The position numbers were made by a program, and so were the translations under genes. DNA of 64,000 bases from Eledone cirrhosa (Eukaryota). Positions within the stretch are counted from its first letter, which is position 1, and each line of letters starts with the position of its first letter. The notes beneath the pieces are model-generated. The model ran no database searches and was not told the DNA's origin. It saw only the letters and a list, made by a program, of their open reading frames with translations. Positions 44,061 to 54,935 of this stretch are shown piece by piece. Location of the stretch: assembly GCA_964016885.1 (NCBI GenBank), contig CAXHJY010001477.1, positions 1 to 64,000 on the forward strand, read 5' to 3'.

Positions 44061-44635
44061 ATTGTGCGATTGTCGCACATGGCTTCACCAGCCACCCCAC
44101 TACCATGCACAGCCCTAACATGGTTAGCGTTATTGCTGTTTACGCAGTTATTATAATTGTTTCTACTTTTTGGCACAAGGCCAGCAATTATCGAGTACAT
44201 TACTGGTACTTTATTTTATCGACCCCATAAGGATGAAAGGCAAAGTTAACCTCGGCGGGATTTGAACGCAGTTATTATAATACTAATTTGTTGTGCTCAT
44301 AATTTTTGGCAGTAGTATACATACTCGTGCAATGCCCTTCCTATCACCAGCACCACTTTACAGCATAGACTGGGTGCTTTTATTCTTGCCACCAGTACTA
44401 GAGAGGTTATCTTACTGGAGTCTGGGGCTCTCTCCACCCCTCCATTTTACAGCATGGACTGGGTGCTTTTATTCGTGCCACCAGTATTAGGGAAGTTGTC
44501 TTACTGGATTTAGGGAACTTCGCTACCCTGCACCAATTTATTCGGAGTGGTAGCTCTCCTAGACAGGTTGCTTACGCTATGGCTTATGGAGCCTACTTCG
44601 TCACGGTCCTTCGTCATCTCCTCCATGAGTTTCAG
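44061..44635 (-). mobile_element. Second RTE 5'UTR copy in opposite orientation, interrupted by a SINE
   Basis: Reverse complement is homologous to 43580-43870 and has an extra internal duplication of about 85 bp. Confidence 0.75.
44158..44265 (-). mobile_element. Truncated SINE with 16-bp target-site duplication
   Basis: ACGCAGTTATTATAAT at 44142-44157 and 44266-44281; the body matches 35191-35260. Confidence 0.85.
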
Positions 44636-44685
44636 CAATATATATGTTTATATATATATATTTGTATATATATATATTTATATAT

Positions 44686-44912
44686 AGTTTACTCAGCTGT
44701 AGAAATGAGATGATAGGGACTGGGTTCCCTATCATTCCACTGCAAAGTTGTCGTGGAGGTGCCACAGCAATAAAGCACCCAGCACTCACTGTAAATGAGG
44801 TTGGTGTTAGGAAGGGCATCCAGCTGTAGAAATCAAGCCAAATCAGTTCCCGTCCCACCCTTGCAAGCAGGGAAAAAGCGGATGTAAAATGAAATGATGA
44901 TGAAATGATGAT
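44686..44912 (+). mobile_element. 5'-truncated copy of the CORE/RTE SINE at 7975-8309
   Basis: Starts in the CORE (AGTTTACTCAGCTGTAGAAATGAG) and is colinear to the (GAT)n tail. Confidence 0.85.
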
Positions 44913-44917
44913 ATATA

Positions 44918-45435
44918 TCATCATCATCGTTTAATGTCTATCTTCCATGCTAGCATGGGTTTAGACGGGAATTGTCCCACTTGAGGCAAGATTGGTTGTC
45001 TTGCTCGTATAGGACTATCTGGCAGGTTTTCTACGGCTGGGTGCCGTTCCTAACACCAACCACGTTTTCAGTGTGGACTGGGAGGTTTTTACCGTGTTAC
45101 CTACACGGCCACATTACAGCGTGGACTGTGTTTTTTGTTGTTGTGACACCTACACGACCTCATTTGTTTAGGACTGGATGTTGTGGTACCAACAGAAATT
45201 TACAGAGAATGGGGTGGTGTAGAGGGGGGGTGGGCTAGGGGTAGTGGGATGGAGGTGTATATTTGATTAAGAGGTGCCTACTGACTGTAGGTTCCGCTTT
45301 GTACTAAGGCAAAGTGGGTCTTCTGTATTACTGTGTAGCGCCAAAGATCTCGTTCCAGAGACATTGTCTTGGAGAGGTGTAAGTGTGTGAGGTCGTCATT
45401 TATCAAATGATCCCAGGTTTTTCTGGGTCTGCCTC
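44918..45435 (-). mobile_element. RTE family B 3' end
   Basis: (CAT)n tail, long 3'UTR and ORF end GRPRKTWDHLI. The sequence resumes at 45528-45577. Confidence 0.85.
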
Positions 45436-45630
45436 CGTAAACAACAACTCTCTGCTCGAGTGGGCCATGGTGCCCAAACTCTTATTTGTAAGACTTCGCC
45501 AGGTGGTGCTATTAAGTTAGACATGGCCTGGGTCTGCCTACTCCATAGCTTCCATCAATCTTGATCACCCTGCACTTATATATATATGGCCTGGGCCAAT
45601 ACTAGCCAAAACCTATCAAAGTTATCAAAG

Positions 45631-45668
<38 letters not shown>

Positions 45669-45869
45669 CTTTGATAACTTTGATAGGTTTTGGCTAGTAT
45701 TGGCCCAGGCCATATATATATAAGTGCAGGGTGATCAAGATTGATGGAAGCTATGGAGTAGGCAGACCCAGGCCATGTCTAACTTAATAGCACAACCTGG
45801 CGAAGTCTTACAAATAAGAGTTTGGGGACCATGGCCCACTCGAGCAGAGAGTTATTGTTTACGGAGGCA
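45430..45869. repeat. 440-bp palindrome centred on (TA)n
   Basis: 45430-45633 is the reverse complement of about 45667-45869, with about 3 substitutions. Confidence 0.95.
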
Positions 45870-48850
45870 TATCCGGGTGTAGGAGGCTTGTCCGGGATTT
45901 CTTGAAGGAATTTATCCAAAGACTTCTTGAACTTGATGGGGTCTGTTTCTGTTTTGATGTGTTTTGGTGTAATGTTAAAGAGAGCAGGGCCAATTGAGGT
46001 GAAATGATTGTGCTGTATTGTTGTTATGTGATGCGAGTGAGATTTTTGTCGTGAGCGGATAGCACGGGTCCCAAGCCTTGGGTGTACATTAAAGGTGATG
46101 CCATCATCATTTGTGCTAAGCTGATGGAATATTTTCCACATCATGCAGATAATGTAGCGCTCACGGCGACGTTGAAGAGAATAAAGGTTGAGCTTTTCTA
46201 ATCGACTTCAATAGTCAAGGCCTGTCATGCCATCTATCTTTTTTGTAATTGACTTTGGGGTACTTCAACTTTCATGATACTTTGTTTCGTGTGGGGACAC
46301 CACAGTGGACAACAGTATTCAAGGTGGGGTCGGGCAAAAGTGGAGAAGAGAAGGATAACAGTGTGGATATCTCTCGACTGAAAAGTTCTGAGAATTGAGG
46401 AACACATTCTGCAGGCCATGTCAACTTTGCTGTTTATATGAGTGACCCAGCTTATGTTGTTGTCCACAATAACTCCCAAGTCTCTGATATTGTTGGGGCC
46501 ACGAGAGTCACTTGAAGGAAGAGAGTATGGGAGTTTCAGGGCATCCTCTTTTCCAAAGTGGATTAATTCAAACTTATCCTCATTCAACATCATATTGTTC
46601 TTTTCTACCCATTGGATAACAGTCAGTAGGTCTGACTGAAGGCATGTCCGATCACCCACCTCAATACATCATCTTCTGGAGCTTGGAATCATCTGTAAAG
46701 ATTCTTATGTTGCTGTGCTTGATGATGTCAGTAATGTCATTAATGTAGATGATGAAAAGAAATGGGCCCAACACAGTGCCTTGTGGGACGCCACTGCTGA
46801 CTTTGGCTGGGCTTGATTTTACTCCTTCGACTACAACATGCTGGGCTCTGTCTGTCAGGAAACGTTTGATCCACTGTAGTAACTTTCCAGAGACACCAAC
46901 ATTGGATAGATTTTTCAGTAGAATCTTATGATCAACCCTGTCGAAGGCCTTGCTGAAATCAAGGTAGATGACATCAGTGTTGGAGCCCTCTCCCAAGGCT
47001 CTCAAAACATTGTCAAAGTGATGCAGGTGCTGCATTAGGCAGTCTCTTCCATTACGGAACCCATGTTGGTTGGAGTTCAGCAGGCCGTTGCTTTCAAGAA
47101 AGTGGGTTATCCGTGATCTGACCACCCTCTCAAATACCTTGATAATATGAGAGGTGAGTGAGATCGGACGGTAGTTCACTGCAAGGGACTTATTTCCCTT
47201 TTTGAAGACTGGGACAACAGACTGGGACAGAAAGTTTTCAGGAATATAGCCAGTAATCCAGTGAGTCCTCCACAGATTAGCAAGAGGAGATGCAAGTTGG
47301 TGTCGACACACCTTCAGGACACAAGCAGGGAACCTGCCAGGGCCTACTGCTGAATTGTGTTTAATTTCGTTTATTGCCGCTAAGACATCAGGGGCGCCAA
47401 ACGTTATGTCCGATATAGTGTGTTGGGGGTTAATATCACTGATACGGCCCAGATCGGCCATATCAGGGTTGCTGAAAACAGAGCAGTATTGTTTCTGTAG
47501 TATCTCGCCCATTGTTTTGGCATTGTCCTGGTGAGTGCCATTTTCATCAACTAGGGGGCCAACAGTGGAGACAGTGACCTTGTGTTTTTTAGCAAATGAG
47601 AAGAACACTTTGGGGTTGAGTGTGGTTTTCTCAATGGCTCACCTCTCTTCAGTTATTCTCTGGTTATTGATGATGGTCATCATGCATTGTTGGAGGTTAT
47701 ATTTATTTGACTCAAGCAGGGTGATAGCCATCGAATGTGTGTGTTGCTGTTGGCAGTATTTTAGTGTGTTATTTTTTTTGTTTGTTCTTTTTATTTTTCT
47801 GATAATTGTTTTTCTGTTTTGGGGGATACTGCACTTAGTTTTGTTCACAGGTTTTGGTGGGGTGTGTTTTGTACATATATTTGTGACAGTGTCTACAAAG
47901 ATCTGCCAAGATGTTTTGATGTTGGTGGAAGTGTGTGCGTGTGTAAAAGACCAGTCGACATGTGATAGTTCGTTCATAATTGCATCCCAGTTGGCATTGT
48001 AGAGATCCATGTTATCAAATGGGTGGGCTGGAGAGAGGTCACTGGGATTAGCTTTCAGCTGGTGGAATCTCAGGTTACAAAGAACCATGTCATGGTCTGA
48101 GAGAAGGGTTTTTTTCCACTGTAATATTATGTATAGTGTTATTGTGGTTACTAAACACTAGATCCAGAATGTTCTTCTGATGCCTTGTTGATGCAAGGAC
48201 AAGTTGTGACAAGAAAAACTCATTCATGAAGTCAAGAAGTGACTCGACAGCCTCTTTGTCAGTGGTTGAGGCTGTGGAGCCTGGTTTCAAACTACATGTA
48301 GACCAGCCGACACAGGGTAGATTAAAGTCTCCCATCAAATGTATGTTGCTGGAATTGCACTGTTTAATAAAGCATTTAATACTGTTGAGGCATTCTTTGA
48401 AGCAGATTATGGGTGTTTGTGGTGGCCTATAGAGCCCAACTAATGTCAGGTCATTGGCTTTATTGAGCACAGTGACTGATTCACAGTATCCATTAGAGAA
48501 TGTTGTGTTGTCATCTGCCATAAAGGAATCATGCAGGAAAATGGCAGTTCCACCCTTCCTTCTGCCAACACGATCCGCACGGATGGTTGTGAAATTTCTC
48601 ACTCTTACTTCGGCCTCCAAGTGGGAGTTGTCAAGGTGGGTCTCAGTAAGAATGAAGAAGGGGATGTGAAATGGATGGTTACCAACCCAATCCTCAATGA
48701 ATTGGATCTTCCATTTCTGTGCATTGATGGATGGGATGATACCTTGTGTATTGAGTAAGAATGTGGAGGCTAGTGTGGTGGCTGGTTTTGACTGTTGCAG
48801 GGGGCTTGTTTTGTGATTGTGTGTTAGTGACAGCAAGGATGGTGTTGGGT
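45668..48850 (-). mobile_element. CR1-group LINE, near-complete ORF2 (APE + RT) with frameshifts
   Basis: ORFs 48090-48836 (ILTETHL, RADR..KGGTAIF, YRPP, MGDFN, LDLVF), 47639-48088, 46661-47608 (NYRPISLT, QHGF, YLDFSKAFDRV, SGVPQGTVLGP, FTDD), 46234-46659 (RPHLEYC) and 45779-46144. Tail is (ATCAAAGTT)2. Confidence 0.9.
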
Positions 48851-49073
48851 GATGGCTAAAATGTTTTTCTCTATCTCTTTTGCCAGGTTCATGGCTAAAA
48901 AAGAAAGATTTTTTTTTGTTCAGAGAACAGTTTTTGATTTATATATTTATATATATTTAAGAGTTAAACAAGATTCAATGAGTACATCAAAGAATGAGTT
49001 TTACAATAGATTAGAAGCACTCTACAAGAAAAATATTTTCCAGAGTTATTAATATTAATTCCAAATATTAACA

Positions 49074-49341
49074 AATCTCATCTATGTACACTACATTTTT
49101 GTCTCTACATTGTCCTTCAGTACATCTTATGCTATATACTACATTTTTAGTTTTACAGTTAATATGGGGGCTTAATTTACAGGTTATACATTTCTTATCT
49201 ATACAGGGGGGGGGGTCTTTGAAAAGGGTATGTCTTGCTAATAAGTGTTTTTACGGAGGTACCTGGTCTTTCTACTATCTTAATATTGAGTTTATGTTTG
49301 TCTAGGGCCCTTCTAAATTTGTAAGCTAATTCACCTCTAGG
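49074..49341 (-). repeat. Inverted copy of 50221-50486 at the 5' end of the Penelope element
   Basis: Near-identical reverse complement (ELAYKFRRALDKHKLNIKIVERPG...). Confidence 0.92.
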
Positions 49342-50697
49342 GTGACCAGAGCCATACGGACACCTGAAAACCACGATGAACTGAAGAAAATGATTGCACA
49401 TGCGGTGGGGGCCAGCATGAAATTAACCCTTAAGGAACATATGTTCAAATTTAATGGAAAAACATATGCCCAAGAGGAAGGAGCAGCCATTGGTGTTAGC
49501 ATTGCAGGCGACATAGCTAACTTATTCATGGTATGGTGGGACAGTAGACTTAAACTTAAACTTAAAGAACAATTAGAAGACCCCTTAACCCTGATAATGT
49601 ACTCCCGCTACGTAGATGATATAAACATCGTAGTTAAGACACCCCCACTAGAGAACAGTCAGGAATTAGAAAAAAACACAATGGAAAGCATCCAGCAAAT
49701 AGCTAACTTCATCCACCAGAGTATTAGAGTTACTATAGGCTACCCAAGTAAACACCCCAACCATCGATTACCTGTACTAGACACAGAGCTCTGGTTAGAT
49801 ACCATTAATAACAAAAAACAAATCCTCCATTCCCATTATGCCAAACCCATGACGTCCAAATATCTGATCCACCGAAACTCAGCTGTTTCGGACCATACCA
49901 AAATCAACATACTGATTGCGGATTTGGTACGGGTGATGAGAAACGTGTCCCGCATGTGCAACCCCGAAGAACTAGAGAGACACATACAACACTTCATCCA
50001 CTGTATGCAGTTCTCTGGTTACAATCAGAGAGATAAAATCAGAGTGTATAGAGGAACCAGAACCAAATGGGAAAAAATGGTAAATAATGACACAAATGGG
50101 ACCTGCCACTTGTATAGGAGCAAATTTTGGAATAGAATAGAAAGAACTAGGAATAAGGCTAATAGAATAAACTCATGGTATGATAGCAATAAATACCAGA
50201 GTATAATGTTCATCGATACAACCCCTAGAAGTGAATTAGCTTACAAATTTAGAAGGGCCCTAGACAAACATAAACTCAATATTAAGATAGTAGAAAGACC
50301 AGGTACCTCCGTAAAAACACTTATTAGCAAGACATACCCTTTTCAAAGACCCCCCTGTATAGATAAGAAATGTATAACCTGTAAATTAAGCCCCCATATT
50401 AACTGTAAAACTAGAAATGTAGTATATAGCATAAGATGTACTGAAGGACAATGTAGAGACAAAAATGTAGTGTACATAGGTGAGACAGCTCGTAGTGTAG
50501 GGGAACGGATAAATGAACACTGGCGAGACCTTCAAGATAGTAAAGAATCATCTGTACTCTACCAACATGCTAAAATAGAACATAAGGGTAAATTAGAGAA
50601 CATAGAAATAAAAATAGAATCTACACACAGAAAAGACGCAATGTTTAGACAAATCACAGAGGCAATAAACATAAAAGAAAAATTCATCCAAATTTAA
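49342..50697 (+). CDS. Penelope-like element RT (C-half) + GIY-YIG endonuclease, 5'-truncated
   Basis: 451-aa ORF with QEEGAAIG, YSRYVDD, LPVLD, HYAKP, CxxxxCxxC..C and NVVYSIRC..VYIGETARSVGERINEH. A likely frameshift lies near the C-terminus. Confidence 0.88.
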   Translation: MTRAIRTPENHDELKKMIAHAVGASMKLTLKEHMFKFNGKTYAQEEGAAIGVSIAGDIANLFMVWWDSRLKLKLKEQLEDPLTLIMYSRYVDDINIVVKTPPLENSQELEKNTMESIQQIANFIHQSIRVTIGYPSKHPNHRLPVLDTELWLDTINNKKQILHSHYAKPMTSKYLIHRNSAVSDHTKINILIADLVRVMRNVSRMCNPEELERHIQHFIHCMQFSGYNQRDKIRVYRGTRTKWEKMVNNDTNGTCHLYRSKFWNRIERTRNKANRINSWYDSNKYQSIMFIDTTPRSELAYKFRRALDKHKLNIKIVERPGTSVKTLISKTYPFQRPPCIDKKCITCKLSPHINCKTRNVVYSIRCTEGQCRDKNVVYIGETARSVGERINEHWRDLQDSKESSVLYQHAKIEHKGKLENIEIKIESTHRKDAMFRQITEAINIKEKFIQI

Positions 50698-50942
50698 ATA
50701 GAAAATATGAGTGGAACAGCAACATCACAACTTACAATTAAGGACAAAATGAAAACACACACACACATAGAACAAACAACCAACCTGTAAAATGTAAATA
50801 AACAAATAAATAAACGAATATAAACACACACAGACACCCGGATGTGGTGCATGCGCAGACTGAGCACACGACACACACACAGAAACAAAATGGCGTAGGA
50901 CAGAACAAAGGAGAGGCACAAAAATAAAGAAAAGAATCCCCA

Positions 50943-50985
50943 GTCACTGAAGAGGTCACAGAATGTGTGACGAAAGAACTTTGAC
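50943..50985 (+). ncRNA. Type I hammerhead ribozyme in the Penelope 3'UTR
   Basis: GTCA-CTGAAGA-G-GTCACA-GAATG-TGTGAC-GAAA-GAAC-TT-TGAC: stem I GTCA/TGAC, 6-bp stem II, minimal stem III. Same strand as the ORF. Confidence 0.82.
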
Positions 50986-51218
50986 AATATATAAACAACC
51001 ATCTGATTATGGAACCAACCAACCAACCGGAAATTTATAAATTTATTATAATAAATTGAAGTGAAAGCAACTGGTGCGTGTGTTTCTTATTGGCAACATG
51101 ACCCTCCCAAAGTATAACAATATCGGTTTCAACACACGTTTTCAGATAAAGAATCTTGTTAAACAAATTCAGAAACGAAATATATATATATAAATATATA
51201 TATATAGAGAGAGAGAGA

Positions 51219-51958
51219 GGAACAAGAAGATGCACACTCTGCATAAGTGAAAAATATTGGATTTTACAAAACCTTAAATCACCAAAAACCTGCCTTAATA
51301 CAAAAACAGAAATTTTCACCAGTTGCCCACACATGAAATCACACTTGCTTTCCAGCTCATATAAACTTAACTCACTTTCAGATACTTATCCTCCATAAAC
51401 TCTTGTTCTTCACTTTCCTTAAATTATTCTCTTTACAGACTTCTTTTTCTGATTTACTTTCATTTTTAACATTATTTAATTTTATTTTTATTTTCCTTTT
51501 TACTTCAATTCCACCAGTACTCCCCCCCCCCCTACTCTTCGATTCACTTACCTAATATCTTCACATTCCACATTTTACTTCCCTATTTTCTTTACTACCT
51601 GATTACACAAGTCACTTGCGTTTTCCATTTTAGATATTTTCTGTTGTTCCGCAGCCGATTTTATATTTTATATTTGTACTCATTTATTCATAAGGCTGCT
51701 TTATACTCTGTATCTATGTGTCTGAGTGTCTTTATGTGTGTATACGTTCTGTATATGTACATGAACGCCTCCGTATGTGGGCATGCATGCGTGTATATAT
51801 ATATGTGTGTATGTGTGTTTTTATATCTTTTTTTTTTTACATCTATGTTTTTTTTACACTCTTATTTTTATGTGTGTATGTGTAAGCGGGTGAATGTACG
51901 TGAATGTGTATGTGTGTATATATGTATATGTATGTATGGGTGTGTATTTGTATGTGTA

Positions 51959-52001
<43 letters not shown>

Positions 52002-52858
52002 GCGTACGTACGTGTGATTAGATATACATGGGGCGATATATATACGTGCATCGTGTGTATGTATATACGTATGCATGCGCTTTTGTCTGTACGTATTTGC
52101 GTGTATAAATATATTTTTTTATAGATATATGTTTTTTATAGATATATGTGTATGTACGTGCGTACCTATGTTTGTTTTCTTTCTCTAGCGTTAATTGACT
52201 ACTTTCTCTTTCATTTAAAAAATTTTTTTCATTCTTATATATTGTTTCACTTTGATACATATATCGAGAATGACACTTTCTTTTAACTATTACACTCCCT
52301 TCCCTCTTTATCTTCCGCATATAAGTGACCGTGCGTGTGTGTGTGTTTATACGCGTGCTTTCATACTCGTATGTGTATCTAATACCTGTATCTGGATGCG
52401 TGTCAACTATATTATCATTTTCTTTTTCAACTCATATTATATCCGTATTTGTGGTCACATATACACAAATATACTTGCCCTCACATATGTACTTACGCAC
52501 ACATTTTCACCATACACATGCATTTGTACATACATACATATGTACATTTGTGAGTGTATATACATACATATACACACACCTAATTATATTTCCTTATATT
52601 TGTTATATATTTTATATATCTCTTGCATTACTTTTGTTTATATATTTTTTTTGCATTTCTTGAGGAGACTTTCCAAATATTTCATTATGTTTTATATTAC
52701 CTTGTCCGACGAACAAATGAGGACTTATTCGGGAAACCTCTGGTAATGAGGTAATTATATTGTATTGTTTATTATACATTAAATTGTGCTCTGGTACTTA
52801 CATAGAGCTCTCTTCACTCCTATGACTTTTTCAATTTTCAACGGAAACTTCATTACTT
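51219..52858 (+). mobile_element. 3' end of another Penelope-like element (C-terminal peptide + microsatellite-rich 3'UTR)
   Basis: GTRRCTLCISEKYWIL...LNTKTEIFTSCPH..HLL matches the CxLCxxEK..LN..E..CxH ending of some PLE ORFs. A hammerhead sits near the distal end. That the whole UTR belongs to one element is inferred. Confidence 0.6.
52696..52755 (+). ncRNA. Hammerhead ribozyme fold with U4-to-C core change
   Basis: ATTACCTTGT-CCGACGA-ACAAATGAGGACTTATTCGG-GAAAC-CTCTG-GTA-ATGAGGTAAT: 10-bp stem I with G-U pairs, GUA triplet. Confidence 0.65.
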
Positions 52859-53192
<334 letters not shown>

Positions 53193-53255
53193 AGATGAAA
53201 TCGAAAATGCAACTGAAGTCTTATTTTAAAAAAAAATATATATATTTATTTGGTT

Positions 53256-53293
53256 CCTTTACCGGTTTCGCAGTTCTTCTGCTTTTCAAAAGG
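53256..53293 (-). ncRNA. Hammerhead ribozyme, U3:A8 core variant (element sense strand)
   Basis: Minus strand CCTT-TTGAAAA-GCAG-AAGAA-CTGC-GAAAC-CG-GTA-AAGG; AATAAA follows. Confidence 0.72.
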
Positions 53294-53832
53294 TGAGTTG
53301 AGATGGAGGGTCTGTGGTTTTTCTCACATCTGGTTGGTCTCTAAATGTTACTTGTTTTATATGGAAAAAGTGGCTCGAAAGCCAGGTTTTTCGAGAAGTA
53401 ATTTGATTGGTTTGTCAATAATTATAATAAATTTCGCGCCAGTTCGCGTTACAATAGTTCTTCAAATAAGAGAGGGGGGTGTTGTCACAGGTTGTTTTTT
53501 CATATATGAGTGTTTGAATTTCTTTTTACTTGAAAAAAGGAGGCTCACGAAGGCTTTTTTTTGGTTGGTTATAAATGAAATTTGGCTGTCATGTGAACAA
53601 GTTTTCATTACATTTTTGCGCCCTTATTTGGGAAACTATTCTGTAGTCTTTATAGTGAATGTTATGACAATGGAGAGATAGTGGTCAAGGGAAAAGGGAT
53701 TGGGAGAAATGTTCTGGTTCAGTGAATATGGCCAGCTGTCAGAGTTCAGGTGTCAGAGTTCAGATTTTCTATTGAGACTGAAGATATGTGTTTATTTGTG
53801 TGCTTGTGTGTGTGTATATGTGTGTGTGTATT

Positions 53833-54775
53833 GGAAGATGATTCTATTAGTAGAGATGGGGGAGGGAGTTGTGTGTGTGTGTATATGGGTGTTATGTGTG
53901 TGCGTGCGAGTATGTTAAGATGGAGAGAATATATATTTTGTGTGTGTGTGTATATATATGTGTGTAGGAAAGTGGTTCTATTAGTAGAAATGGGGAGGGA
54001 GTTGTAGGTGTGGGGGTTGTTATGTGTGTGTATGGGTGTTATGTGTGTGGGAGTATGGTTAGCATGTTAAGATGAAGAGAATATATATATATATATATAT
54101 TGTGTGTGTGTGTATGTGTGTGTAGGAAAGTGATTCCTTTAGTAGGAAGATGATTCTATTAGTAGAGATGGGGGAGGGAGTTGTGTGTGTGTGTATATGG
54201 GTGTTATGTGTGTGTGTGCGAGTATGTTAAGATGGAGAGAATATATATTTTGTGTGTGTGTATATATATATGTGTGTAGGAAAGTGGTTCTATTAGTAGA
54301 AATGGGGAGGGAGTTGTAGGTGTGGGGGTTGTTATGTGTGTGTATGGGTGTTATGTGTGTGGGAGTATGGTTAGCATGTTAAGATGAAGAGAATATATAT
54401 ATATATATATATTGTGTGTGTGTGTATGTGTGTGTAGGAAAGTGATTCCTTTAGTAGGAAGATGATTCTATTAGTAGAGATGGGGGAGGGAGTTGTGTGT
54501 GTGTGTATATGGGTGTTATGTGTGTGTGTGCGAGTATGTTAAGATGGAGAGAATATATATTTTGTGTGTGTGTATATATATATGTGTGTAGGAAAGTGGT
54601 TCTATTAGTAGAAATGTGGAGGGAGTTGTAGGTGTGGGGGTTGTTATGTGTGTGTATGGGTGTTATGTGTGTGGGAGTATGGTTAGCATGTTAAGATGAA
54701 GAGAATATATATATATATATATATATATTGTGTGTGTGTATGTGTGTGTGTAGGAAAATGATTCCTTTAGTAGGA
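53833..54775. repeat. Three tandem copies of a 312-bp unit, itself a diverged dimer of about 150 bp
   Basis: GGAAGATGATTCTATTAGTAGAGATGG at 53833, 54145 and 54457. Confidence 0.92.
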
Positions 54776-54935
54776 ATATTTTTGAATGAACATATTTTCC
54801 TGACTTTTTCGTGTTTGCTGTTGTATTGCCAGTGCAAACGTATGTTTAAGGTTTATTTAGTTCGGGTTTTTATTTTCTAAAGTAGGTGTTATGTGTGTGT
54901 GTGTATGTCATATTGTGGTGTTGACATAATGTATA

